Shown piece by piece: positions 52,848-64,000 of a stretch of DNA of 64,000 bases. Source of the DNA: Laetmonice hystrix. Lineage: Eukaryota. Both the position numbers and the translations under genes were made by a program. The stretch's first letter is position 1. Every line of letters starts with the position of its first letter. The stretch spans positions 12,276,001-12,340,000 of the forward strand of contig OZ249436.1 in NCBI GenBank assembly GCA_965235115.1. Reading direction: 5' to 3'. The notes below the pieces were generated by a model. That model did not search any database. It was not told the origin of the DNA and saw nothing but the letters and a program-made list of their open reading frames with translations.

Positions 52848-53579
52848 CTGGACCCTGTCCTTTTGATGACAGACTTCTGGGAGGCAGGTATTATAACCGA
52901 TTTAAAAGTGCCTCCCTCTGGAATCATATTACATGGCGATGGTTGTCCTTACGGTAATTACATATCTATAGATATGTACACTTCACTTTTACGGTTAAAG
53001 GAAGATGTAGGGTTGCCATGCATTTACTCGGGAAATCAGGTTTGACTAAATTGCATCCTTTTCAAACTTGTATAAGTAAACATTGCTTATGCTACTACTA
53101 TTCCATTCGTACATATATTACAAGCAATTCGATACAACTGCTAACATAACACTCTAATAGGGATTGGGATATGAAAAATGGTGGCATTATCATTTCTTTG
53201 ATACAAAGATCTTTTCCATAGGTGGGCAGCATCCTTGTGCTTACCCTCCTAGACACATTCAAAGTGTATCCTTTATCCAACTGGAGTATGGTCAATATTT
53301 AAAGTCTCTTTTTTTACTGGAAAGGTGGATTCCGTTGATCAATAGACCAAGCTAGAACCAGAAGCCGATCCTGACAAAGCTTCATGCATCCAATGGGGCA
53401 GACCTCTTCTGGCTAGATCGGATTTGAGAGTCTGTGCAAATCACCTACATCACCGTGCCAGCATAGATATGGAGCATGACTGGCAATGCGAAATATGCAG
53501 AGCTTGACGTCGCAGGTTTAGGACATGTGTGCAACCTTTTAAAACAAATGCCTATTCAAAAATTAAGGTTATTTTTGGT

Positions 53580-54400
53580 CTAATCTGGCACACGGTAAAA
53601 AGTAGAATGAAACGTCCCCCTGCTATTCATTATAAAATTCTAATAGATATTCTGGTAGCTGCTCTGACATCCCTTCTCTAGGCGTACGAGCCAAGATGAT
53701 GAGGGAATGCTGTCTAAGCAGGTCAGTGTTATAAAAACATTCCAAGAATATTGGAAGTTAAGTTGTTCATAGACACCGTTGAGTAGAGAAGATGGGAAGT
53801 TGTGCTCTTAGTTCTCCAATTCTGATTTTATTGCATTTTCGAACCACTATACCATGGTCAGGATGCTGAGGACTTGGAAGCTGTCATGGGAATTCGACCT
53901 CATAGTCAGGCCCCACTAACAATTTCCTTTTCATCACCACCAATTTCTGTTCTATACAGATAGCTCAGAGACTTGATACATGAAATAAACAAGGATATTT
54001 CGGAAGTTGGAGAACAATCCCTAAGGACGAGCCTCCTCATTCACCGTCGACATCTGAATACGTTCAGACTGCGCATATTTGACCTGGATAGTCATCGTAA
54101 GGCACTCTTAAGAGCTCTTTTTTATCTCCTGGAATGAAGTTGCCGGCTCGGGAAGGCAGGGTACAAGGAATTCAAGCTCAACATGAACAGCAGCAATCGT
54201 ATGCATTATTTCCAACATCGAGAAGGATAAATGTGACATGGGGACTGATAGCATTGATACTTTTTTCCTGAGTATTTACCTTCGCATAATTATCCGGCAC
54301 AAACTCTGCTGTCTGAAAAGGAAATTTGTTACATCACGTCTACTGTGGAAAAAGGCCTCTAAATAACATTTTATCACCATACCATAAAATACAAAACAGC
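53580..54400 (-). mobile_element. Decayed CR1 RT fragment (intronic)
   Basis: TSFQEIKK (cf. ITxxEVxK), STTSHLL (cf. STTxQLL) and a GIRG-like segment in the expected order. Confidence 0.35.
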
Positions 54401-55285
54401 AGACTCAAGTTGGCTGTAACAGTTTTCTAACCCTGAAGATGTTTTCCAACCATTTCCCTCATGAAATGCCTTCAATATAAATCCTTCACCTTATTGATAT
54501 TTCAAATTTTCTTGGGGATTGAAATCAGATTGTTAAATTATCTTCCTGCCCATGAACGGCATACCAAGATGCACTTTCTTTAAATCTCTCTGCGATCATA
54601 ATCTTGTTGGCAATAACTCACCTTTTAATGGAACATTTGGGGCACTACCAGTACTATAAATAATGATATTCAAAATGAATTTTACAATGATTATGGGATG
54701 AGTTTCTCTTTCTGTCATTAGCTTGTCTTGAAAACAAATGTTCTAAATGAAGATTTTAAGGCATGACTGATTAATGACTGTTGTGGAAAAAAAGATTTAA
54801 AAAAATTATGTACTTAAATGTTTAACTTTGCCAAATATGCTGATGAACAATAATCGCTTAAAGGGACACAATTGGAAGAAACACACTTTCAAACGGCTTT
54901 TGTTTCTTTTGTGAGGCACCCTATAGACATAGTGAAGTGCAAAAAATAAAACATTTGGGTGAAAACCATTGCCTTGACTGAGAAATGGCATAACTTCCAA
55001 CGGGTTCACTTGGTGCCATGCCCCCCCCCCCCCTCTACAATGCTTTAAAACTACTGAATTTTGTTGTACACCGAAATTCACGTTGGTGGCTTAATTACAG
55101 GCCAAACAATGCTATTTTCAGGGTGGTAATATATATATTGGACCTCTTTATGCTATCATAATACGGAAAATGCAAAGTCAATCTTAAATCTTACCTCTTA
55201 AAAGAAACCCCATGTTTTTCTGGAATTAAAAAGTGTAAAAACAAGCTATGTTATATTTAAAAAAAATAAAACGGCCTGAACTCAC

Positions 55286-56051
55286 CTTTTATAGCAGTAT
55301 AGACTGAAGACTACAACTACAAGCAGAAGGACAGGCACTGAGATTCCGACAGCGAGGGCAAGCGGAGACACCCTCACAATGTGATTAGTCTCAACAGATG
55401 GCGCTGCTGTGGTCCCTGGTTGGGACGTTGGCACAGTCTTTGGCAATACTGAACTAGGTGTCCTTGACGTAGATGACAATGTGGTACTGCTTCTAGCTGC
55501 AGTACTACTGGCAGTTGTTGGCTTAGGTGTCAGAGTTGTGCTCACAGTGGTTGTGGACGAAGAAGGGCTTGAAATCACAGTACTTGAACTACTACTTAAC
55601 ACTGCTCTGGTGGTTGATGGGAGAGGTGTTACTGTAACATTCCCTCCCATGGAGCTATTGTCTGTGATGGACACGGTTGTAACTGACACATTAGCAGTGT
55701 AATTTTCAGCAGAATGACTTATGTTAAAACCTGGCATGGAGGTGACTAAATGCTCATTCCTTCGACTCTCTTGGCCTTCTGTTGTACTGTTATTGGCAGC
55801 CACTGTGTCATTTTGTTGCACCTCATCAACTCTGCCTTTATTTGTACTGTTTACGTCCTCCGTGCGGTTCCGTGAATCAGCCCCGTCTGATGGTACCACC
55901 ATTGTACTTCCCAGGGTAGACCTCGGTGGCTGTGCAGGGGGCGCTGTGGTGGTGGTGAATATTCTGGTGGCGGTGTTAGTTGCTGATCGACTGACTGTGG
56001 CTGGGACGCTGGGAGTGGTGCTGGGCGAGACATCTCCATCTTGCAGGTGAA
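55286..56051 (-). CDS. Internal coding exon of a mucin-like single-pass (type I) membrane protein: S/T-rich ectodomain + TM helix
   Basis: Stop-free frame of about 255 codons, very rich in S/T/P, with about 10 N-glycosylation sequons (NRT, NST, NDT, NNS, NIS, NYT, NVS, NSS, NVT). It ends in the hydrophobic stretch LALAVGISVPVLLLVVVVFSLYCY followed by a basic stop-transfer. Acceptor ttcttgtttttgcag| at 56052 (phase 1) and donor AG|gtgagtt at 55285 (phase 2); length 766 = 2+762+2. Confidence 0.9.
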
Positions 56052-56479
56052 CTGCAAAAACAAGAACCCAGGTTCCCATTAGATGCCCTGAAACATTACT
56101 TCTAAATCAGTGAAAGTGATCCATGTGCACAATTTGCTATCCCGACATCAATTACTGGTATTACTCTCGAATAGCCCAGATTCCCTGGTCACAATTTGGC
56201 ATATAATCTTTAAGATCTATCGAGGTTTTAACTCTCTTTCACCCCATGTGAAGGTATAAGGCAAGAGTATCGTACGCTGAGCTGAAAATGGCTGAATTCA
56301 TAATTCCCCATTGAACAAAATCAAGACCATGATTACATCAATTCTTATAACGAATTTGCGTTCCTTCATTATTTTTTATTTGGGGCACAAGAAAACTGAT
56401 CCAAACAAGATACCTGCTGAATCTGACCATTTTCACGAGTTCATTATATTTAAATTTCATGCCACAAAGTAGAGTCAAG

Positions 56480-57180
56480 ACCATTCAAAATACTGTCACC
56501 TGGTTCCACCTTTCATGCTTTATTCTCTTACACATCATTTTGTCCTATAGGACACCCTGTGGGACTGCTGCAGAAACATCCATCAAACGGAATTTGACAA
56601 GTTAATGCAATAGCTCAGTTCCAGACCAGACTCGCAGGAAATCCATTACCCACTTCATAAAACGCCATGGACGGGAGCCATTATCAACATATATTTATAC
56701 GTTAATGTGAATGAAATATCTATGTCAAATCGGACTGGATGGCAGCCTGCAAATTCTCGTTTGTAACATCTGACAATATTTGCAATCCACAATTCAATCA
56801 AGAATAGCACATACCGGTCTTTTATGTCTCAATACAAGCACGACGAGGTTGCTTAGACGTCAGCCTCCCACAAATGACGACAAAATATTATGGTAATCTA
56901 ATCATTGTTTTCATTATGGCATGCCCACAGCTTGCGGCACCATTCTTCCAGACATTTACTCAGCCTTTAATCCTTAACCTAATCTATCAGCAGCAGTGCA
57001 AAAAGTCTTCTTCATTGCAGCAAACTACCGAAACCGCCCTAATCACTGGCAATCCAAAGCCTAAAGCAATTTACACCAATGTATCGCCAAAAGAGCGTGT
57101 TGAGGCCTGGACCCCCATCCCTCAGCATCCAGCATGGCACGTCCTTTCAAAACAACGAAAGGGACAGAATCGTCTTTGAG
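56480..57180 (-). mobile_element. Decayed CR1/L2 RT fragment
   Basis: LSKCLE (cf. LSKVxE), CAILD and AVPQGVL (cf. GVPQGSVLG). Confidence 0.35.
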
Positions 57181-60100
57181 CTGCCACCTGGGTGTGCTCA
57201 CGATTTTTTTTATTAGTAGGGCCTGCAGAGATGAGAAGAAAGCCGATGTACTTGAGAAAGAACCAGGGGATCACTCCAGCCTGCACGTAAATACAGAGTG
57301 ACGCTGCTGTACCAGATAAATATGGATGGTAAGGCTGGGTCCACTGATTGAGAAAGGAAAAGCTTATTGAAAACAGGGGGAAAAAGTCTTTCAGTCGTTA
57401 CAAACATAGGTAAACATCATTACTGTACAGTGGCATGCTTCTTTTTTAGTCTAAAGGCGCTTACGCCAACCCAGATCCTAAAATCGAGGGGGGGGGGGGG
57501 GTGTCCTACTTTGAGGTGGGAACAGTGACCTGGGCAGTTTCTAGGGGACCTTATGGTTTTAACTTTAGCGGGACACCAATTTAGCAGATAAATATATTGT
57601 GTTAAATGTTTTAGTTCACAGAAATAAAGTTTGATACACTCCTGTTTAATCCTGATATTACATCATGTAATGAAGGATGCTGCCAGTGCCACATGTGGTT
57701 GTTCCCTCAGTGTTTTAAAAACCCAAGAGGAGGCAGTTCTGCATTGACCAGCTCCCTGGGATCAAACTGTCTGGCTGTATCAGCATTGAGATCTCCCCAC
57801 CTACTCCATCACGGTGGCAGATATGTGCGAATAACATCCATCCTTTGTTTACGTGGAAATTCAATGTGGATTTGCCATGAATTTACAATGAATATACTGG
57901 CACTGCTCAAGTATTGACTTAGACTGCATACTCAATGTTAATTTTAAGCATGATTGTCAGATGAATAGTGGGATAAATATTTCTAAATTAAATACCTGGA
58001 CACCTGCAGGTTACCTAAATTATGATGTGAACGCACAAAACAATGCAACCATAAAGGACAAAATCACCAATGAAGTTTCTGCCTGTTTCCTGCACCTGGA
58101 AATATGGCCTTGAAAAAGTGCAATTCTTTCCAGCTTCCAAAACAGCTTTGGAAATCTAAGGCTGAGATACATTTAGCACAAACACTGTGATTACTTATTA
58201 GGTTCTTCTAACCAAAGCGAATCAACACCGACGTTTTGTAATATGTTGGCTTGTTATAAAACGTTCAATATGCAATCATAAGAAAAATTTGTACTTTTCA
58301 GTCAGTTTTAAATTTTCCGGTCCACATTTTACGTTTACCCGGTATCTGTATTCCATACCTACACCGTAACACCACACATACAAACTTCCAGCATGAGATA
58401 AATGTCCAGAGTTGTCGAGTCACGAATAGAGACTAAATTATTCATGAAACATCATACCCCTTTATTCATGGGTTAAAAGTACCCGAGATGTCACAATGGC
58501 TCATTGTGCTGTTGCTCACGTGCCACTTTCAATCAGTGTCCAACGCGTTCTGCAGGCCGATTCAACTGAATGATATCCACTACTGCTGCCCAAATGTGTA
58601 CGGCTGAATTCCAGATTTGCCCAGGTCCATGTACTCACATTCTCACTTGACAATTCTGAACCCTTTCTCGCTATTTAGATCAGCCAGAACCCCCTGTAAT
58701 CAATTCCCAGCTCTGACTGAATCAACAATCACCGACATGGGATCCATGATATCCCTGATGTTCAACCCTGCCGCTTGTCTGTAAGTAAGATCAACCACAG
58801 AGCATCAAGTATGGCCCAGGCTTGATTGTCTAGTAAGGGCAAAAGGCTAAGTAAGTGCCCAATGTTTATCTGAATTCCTGATAGGTTTCTGGTGGAGTCC
58901 AAGGGTTACAAACCATGTGTCTGACAAACTAAATATCCATTATGGTTCCCATTAAATATAGGCCTACACGTTACAATCAAGGGCAATGGATTTGGCATAC
59001 AAGGCAGCAACGTGTATTCTGGCTCCATATGTACATCCTACTTGGCTTAGAGAGTCGGCAAAAGATTATGAAGTTGGATTGCTTTTTTGCGAAATGATTA
59101 CTTCAATCTATCACTTTAATAATTTTCCTTTTACCTATTCACGGAAACAACTAAATTAGAGATCTTTCAATTACATGCGAAACAGCAGATTCCAAGACTG
59201 CTTTTAAGTAAAATTACATAATTTTATTTGCTATAATCAAAACGACGAAAGAATATATAACAATTTTTTTTGCAATGAGCCAACATCAGAACATCCAACT
59301 GGTTTCCCATTCTAAGGTGTTATTTAAAGCTTAACCTTTGGATCTCAGCTGCACCTAGACTGGCAGAACAACAATGTAATCTATCAGCTTCGTTTAGCGG
59401 GGAGGCCTGTCCCAGCTACTCTACTTCCGCCTCATTTCCTTAATGTTAAGTCTATCCAACAAACACTAGGCAGAGTTGACCATTTATCCTTGCAAATTTT
59501 GTTTGTGATGGGCATGGCCATGAAGAAAGGAAGTGGCCAATCACACTGGCAGCAGCCATACTCAACAGAAATGTGTCTGGTTTGCCTCAGGCTCAGGCCA
59601 CGAGGAACTGCAGTAGGACGTCTTGCTGCCAATCAGACGCCAGGAGGCTTTCCCCTCTTCCCTCCACTACTTTGGGCTCTGAAATGGTTGCCAATGACTA
59701 CCCATGGCGGCGAGTAGTTTACTGACACTACAGCCAGAACTGCCTCCATTCATGCCACCTACCATGACTAGACAATCTCTTCTATTCTATAAACCTTTAT
59801 GCCATTCTGACGACTCAGGAGAGTAAACAGTAAGTCCCCAACTGAAGCCCTCTTTTCTCTTTTCTTCCTTAGACTAAACAATTTCATTGCACTTGGCCCA
59901 TCAAAATTCACTCTCATGTCCTGTACTATGTCTTGCAGAAAAAAACAATGGCGGAATTAGATTTAACTTGTCAATATGTGTGCAAACAATTTAAGTCAGA
60001 AAAATGTCTCTCTCAAGATTTCAAAATCTTCTTGCCTTTGAATGATCCAGTACTGCGATTACCTCTAATATGCTCCTGCGGTCAATATGACTTACTATTT

Positions 60101-60299
60101 CATTTACTTCATCATTTCATTTCATGATTTTATAAGGAAGATTTACCACACTGGGTCATCTGAATTAAATCAAGTCTCCTATGCCATAGATATGCCGCTT
60201 TGTTCCACCAGTGTTAACAGTCAGTGAGTGCATGACTATAGTGTATCTCTCCGATTACAGCTGATGGTCCACTGGGCCAGAAAGGTCTGCTTTCCTGAC

Positions 60300-60600
60300 A
60301 AAACTCGCGTATCGATTGTCACCCTCAACATGACAGAGCTGAGGTAAGAGTGGAGACTGTCTGCCGCTGGAGTCCTCACACACACTTATAAATAATCCTC
60401 CCTGACCTGGGTTGGCGCTGGTTCCTAATCATTCCGCGCGTGCTGGCCTGATGTCTAACCTGGTCAGCACTCACAACTCTCCCTAGTACTCCTTGCTCCA
60501 ATCTACTTGGGCTACCTCTCGCTCCCCAGCAACTATCAAATGTCCATCTGAAAGCACAAGGTCTATTGACCACCCTTACAGTTACTTATTGTTGAATGGG
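60300..60600 (-). mobile_element. Decayed CR1 endonuclease fragment
   Basis: HLIVAGEREVAQVDW (cf. LIxxGDFNLPxIDW) and DQVRHQASTRG (cf. QxVxxPTRG). Confidence 0.45.
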
Positions 60601-61299
60601 ATTGGGAGAAAGCTTTCCGGAGGCAGGGTGATAGAAATATAAAGCTATCATTACTGAGCCATCGGAAGGTACTATCCCCCTGATTTAGCTCTTCTCACCT
60701 CTGGCTATCTCACCATGCATCACCGATTTCATGGCCCTCGAGAGACGAGTAATGTCTTGCCATGTGTAAAAGGTCCATGGTAATCCAGGATGACCCAGAA
60801 ACCCTCCAACCGCATTCCCAGAGTGGACCTTCAAGGTCACAATGCTATTGTTCCATAGCCCAAGTGAAACTTGACAGAACTTTGACAGTAATTCCTTTCA
60901 TTGTGAATTTGTCTCAGACATCTGGAAAATCTTTTGAATCTATCTGCTTCTATTCTCTAATTACCTCTATCACAGCTGCATAACAATTTTGCGGTCGATC
61001 AAATTACAATTATTTGTTGGTTTCCAGCTTTACTTTTCTATACTATTCTTTTACCTGACATGGAAAAGACAACGAGAGCTGTGCAGCTGAGCGCTGAATT
61101 GCGCCTTTGTATGGCCCACTTAGAACAAGATGACACGAGGACAAGAACTCAGCAGTTGCACTAAATCTTGCGCCTTCTTAACGACAAACTGACGTCTGCC
61201 AGTGTGGAACATTTAAGGCACTTTATAAGAACGCCTTTGACTGATGCCCCACCCTGCACCAGTTTATGGGACCTCACCTGGCGCATTGGGTTAGCAGAC

Positions 61300-61610
61300 A
61301 TAGACGCTCAAGGTCATGCAAGATAATACATACCGTGACTACTCTCCTGACGTCCATCCAAAGATGACCGTCCGAAGAAATGGTAAGGTTAACCCCCGAG
61401 CATTGCTCAAGGCATGCATTTTGAGTTACAATGTACTGCATATCGATTGGGGGAACTCAAACTATTTGTGCCACTCAGAGGATTCTGTAGGACCTACACA
61501 AGGCCTTGTCCCATTTATCGCCTCTTACAAACTGCCAGGAGTCAGACTTGTGGAGGAGTCTTACCCAGGCTGTTCCCCAGTCGAGGTTCTGCTACATTAA
61601 GGTGACGTAC
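61300..61610 (+). mobile_element. Decayed Gypsy integrase core fragment
   Basis: VHPKMT..NGKVN (cf. YHPQxNGxVER), HIDWG (cf. DWD) and PFIASYK...GCSPVEVLL (cf. PYVLxAYR...GFSPFELL). Confidence 0.45.
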
Positions 61611-61938
61611 ATGTGCATGCTGAAAAGCTTTGCACCTGATCCCTTTTCTTTTATTCAGGTGCCCAAGGTGGCAGATAAGGAAAACACAGTTGATTGGCCC
61701 AGTGATTTATAATCACTGAATGTAGCCTCTCAGCTTAGTGCCTCCTGAGACGAGTCGTGTAGACAGATAGACGAAATATTTACATCCGCCACATTCTGAG
61801 CTGTACACAGCAGGAACACAGCAGTCATGACTTGACAACAGACCAGCATAAAACGGGCCTCCTGAAAAGTTTCCTGAAACGTGATCGACCCTGTGGGATA
61901 AAGGGGTAGGGGGAACGCCGTGGTGCACCAAGGCCATT

Positions 61939-62111
61939 CAGGGTTTCCTGGAGATTTTCGACATTTTGGGGGGAATGCGAGTTTGGGGGGGGGGGGGGAG
62001 AGTGATGCAAAATATTTCCCCCTAGGAATATTTAGGGGAGGGAGTAGCTGAATAATGGGGGGGGGGGAGAGTCTCCCCCCCCCCAAAAAAAAGGGCCTGC
62101 AGGAAACCCTG
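61939..62111. mobile_element. 173-bp MITE with 12-bp TIR CAGGGTTTCCTG and 5-bp TSD CCATT
   Basis: cagggtttcctg at 61939 and caggaaaccctg ending at 62111. ccatt at 61934-61938 and 62112-62116. G/C-run-rich interior. Confidence 0.85.
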
Positions 62112-62149
62112 CCATTATAATATCTTTCTATTATCTAACAAAATTTACC

Positions 62150-63900
62150 AATTGGCTGAAGAATTACCTCGGCATGCACAGAAATAATTTCATTCAAATT
62201 AGTTTCCAGCAGCAAGTAGAGAGATCCAACCTGATCCTTTTCCAATTTTGAATTATGCATTCTTTTGGTTAGTTCATTAATTAGCGTGAACGGCCAAGCA
62301 ACTTTGCAGCCCGTCAGAGACTCCAGCCTGAGCTGTTGGGACCCAGATCAGGGGTAGTGCCTGTTTGATGGATCTTTTCCATTGATTAAATTGTGAGACT
62401 CTCAAAACAGTTCATGCAGTATACCAAGGCCTGAATGATGATTTGGTACAACTAGAATTATATTGATACAATGTACATCTTAATCATACCATCTTTGAGC
62501 TGAAGAGGAGGGTGTGGGTATTGCGATAACAACATATTGACATCGTCAATTTTTCCATAATATCAGAAGAAACATTCCCTTTCTGTACCATGCTGCGCTA
62601 TGATTTATTTACCCAAACAACTGATTTTTATCTGCATTGAGCTGCTGATGACAATTTTGAAGCAGTAATACAGTCAAATTGTTCATTTAAAGTGTCCTTA
62701 GATTGAATCTTTTACCCCAAAGAACCTGGGAATCCAGGCTGCCCCTGGACCCCCCACAGGCACTCAGAGCCCCGGCTCACCGCCGGTGTGACATTTCATC
62801 CTGTGGAGAACACTGACACTACATGTACTAGTATATACCGGTAATTGTTGTAAAAGACATGATGTGTGAACTATCTTCAATGGCGCCTGTAAATCCCCTC
62901 TTCAGCCTTTAATTTTGACCAAGGCAATGAAAAAAAACTAAAAATAGTAAACTGATCTAGTAACAATCATTGAGCACTCCTTTCTTTGGGTTGAGTCAAA
63001 GATTGGTTGAGTCTCAAATGAGAGCTGTGCAATTGTGTTCCCCGAAAAATCTTTATATTAAATCAGAGTACCCAATAATGCACCTCACCTGGGCTGATAC
63101 AAAATTAATGTCCTGACTTAGGTCATAAACTTGATGGATTAACTTAAGCCTTCTTCATTGAATATGTTACCAATTTTTGTGGCAATGGACCCACTGACGC
63201 AAATTTGTCATACCAATTCAGCATAATCTGTCTTTATATGAGCTTTAGCACAATCAAATTCCTCATCATGCCTGTGCAGTCTCTTTCCTCTAATTGAATA
63301 GCATGCCACCTCCAATATCAGCTAAAGGGTTGGCTCTGCCAGCTAAAGACCAGGTTTTCTGATCAGATCTACGAGAAATATTTAGATCGTGCAGTGTGTG
63401 TTTTTTCCCCATCTCAACTGAAATGGGGTGTCACTGCAGATGTGTTGGTATCCTACTGTGGGTTTTGCTGGTAGCGTAAAATGTGCAGTTAGTTCGGTCT
63501 GATTCCTCTGGGTCAGACCAACTCGTTGGAAGAACTGAAAAGAACCACATGTATTGGAACATGAACCTGTCAAATTGTCAATGTTCATTCTCAACTCCAT
63601 GATCTAAATAAAATGAGGAACCTTGCATGTTCTGTTTGTTAACTCCTTATGCCAATATTATAGTCAAAGGTATTCAATGAGAGCCATACTGTACCTAGGC
63701 TGATACAACATTGTCCACTATCAGTTGATGAGATGGATCTATTGTTTTGCCAACATTTGTTGTCAGAGAAGTTAAATAGCTAAAATGGCACTGTCTTCCA
63801 TAATCTCTTTTCTTTTTGTGCCACATCCAAGTGTTCAGACATTTGATATGATTGTCTACCAGGGCAGAGAAGGATTTCCAAAATCTGAATCGATCTGCCC
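62150..63900 (-). mobile_element. Decayed CR1 ORF2 (endonuclease, spacer, RT start)
   Basis: QHICSDTPFQLRWG (cf. QHVxxPTRxR), KTDYAEL, LNEQF (cf. LNxQFxSVF), QWK and RLESLTGCK (cf. RPVSLTSxxCK) in order over about 1.7 kb. Confidence 0.55.
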
Positions 63901-64000
63901 CCGTCTACTTACCTGAATAAAGGGCTCAAGGATAAAAAGACTGCCACGTTCCCTTTATCATGCATTAATATAGCCCAGGCCTACTTTAAAGGCAGACCAA

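Noticed and set aside
52900-53350. Penelope-like GIY-YIG fragment (LYRIACNIC)
   Set aside because: A single short motif with no confirmable YIG or RT context; too weak to list.
55409-56063. Plus-strand ORFs 55409-55702 and 55721-56050 and the alternative-frame ORF 55851-56063
   Set aside because: Shadow ORFs of the S/T-rich mucin exon; Val-rich antisense frames are typical of Thr-rich coding sequence.
56052-56079. ATG at 56079 as the start of the mucin protein (MGTWVLVFAV)
   Set aside because: The segment coincides with a polypyrimidine tract and CAG acceptor, and the hydrophobic run is too short for a convincing signal peptide. It is treated as intron, but cannot be fully excluded without transcript data.
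58015-58095. Candidate upstream exon of the mucin gene (ag...gt bounded, hydrophobic)
   Set aside because: All three frames hit a stop or lack a start compatible with the required phase-1 junction.
61055-61135. Candidate upstream exon with a phase-1 donor (…ALSCTALVVFSMS)
   Set aside because: No upstream in-frame ATG, a weak acceptor and no independent support.

Overview
This is eukaryotic genomic DNA, about 40% GC by eye, with spliceosomal introns and a 189-N scaffold gap. The repeat content suggests a marine invertebrate, but that is inference only. I found no prokaryotic genes, CRISPR array, rRNA or intact tRNA. Almost all ORFs in the supplied track are non-genic. One host gene is well supported on the minus strand: a 766-nt exon (55286-56051) encoding a Ser/Thr-rich mucin-like ectodomain plus a transmembrane helix. 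It splices in phase across a 5.27-kb intron to a small exon (49904-50018), missed by the ORF track, that encodes the cytoplasmic tail YKKSGRGYITLDDFGTFEGMQNPNYDGEL* with YxxL and NPxY motifs. Its 5' (signal peptide) exon was not found. The rest is a graveyard of decayed LINEs (CR1/L2, RTE, Rex1-like, Tx1-like), Gypsy remnants and DNA-transposase remnants, all recognised by hand from frameshifted motifs and therefore of modest confidence. It also holds several crisp MITEs and two tandem arrays (53-bp and 38-bp units). The MITEs are two 249-bp copies with 33-bp TIRs and different 4-bp TSDs, a 221-bp element with a CTG TSD, a 173-bp element with a 5-bp TSD, and a 160-bp foldback. The most intriguing window-scale pattern is that roughly three quarters of the decayed TE fragments lie on the minus strand, as in a uni-strand piRNA-cluster-like locus. 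I cannot demonstrate a new biological system from the sequence alone.
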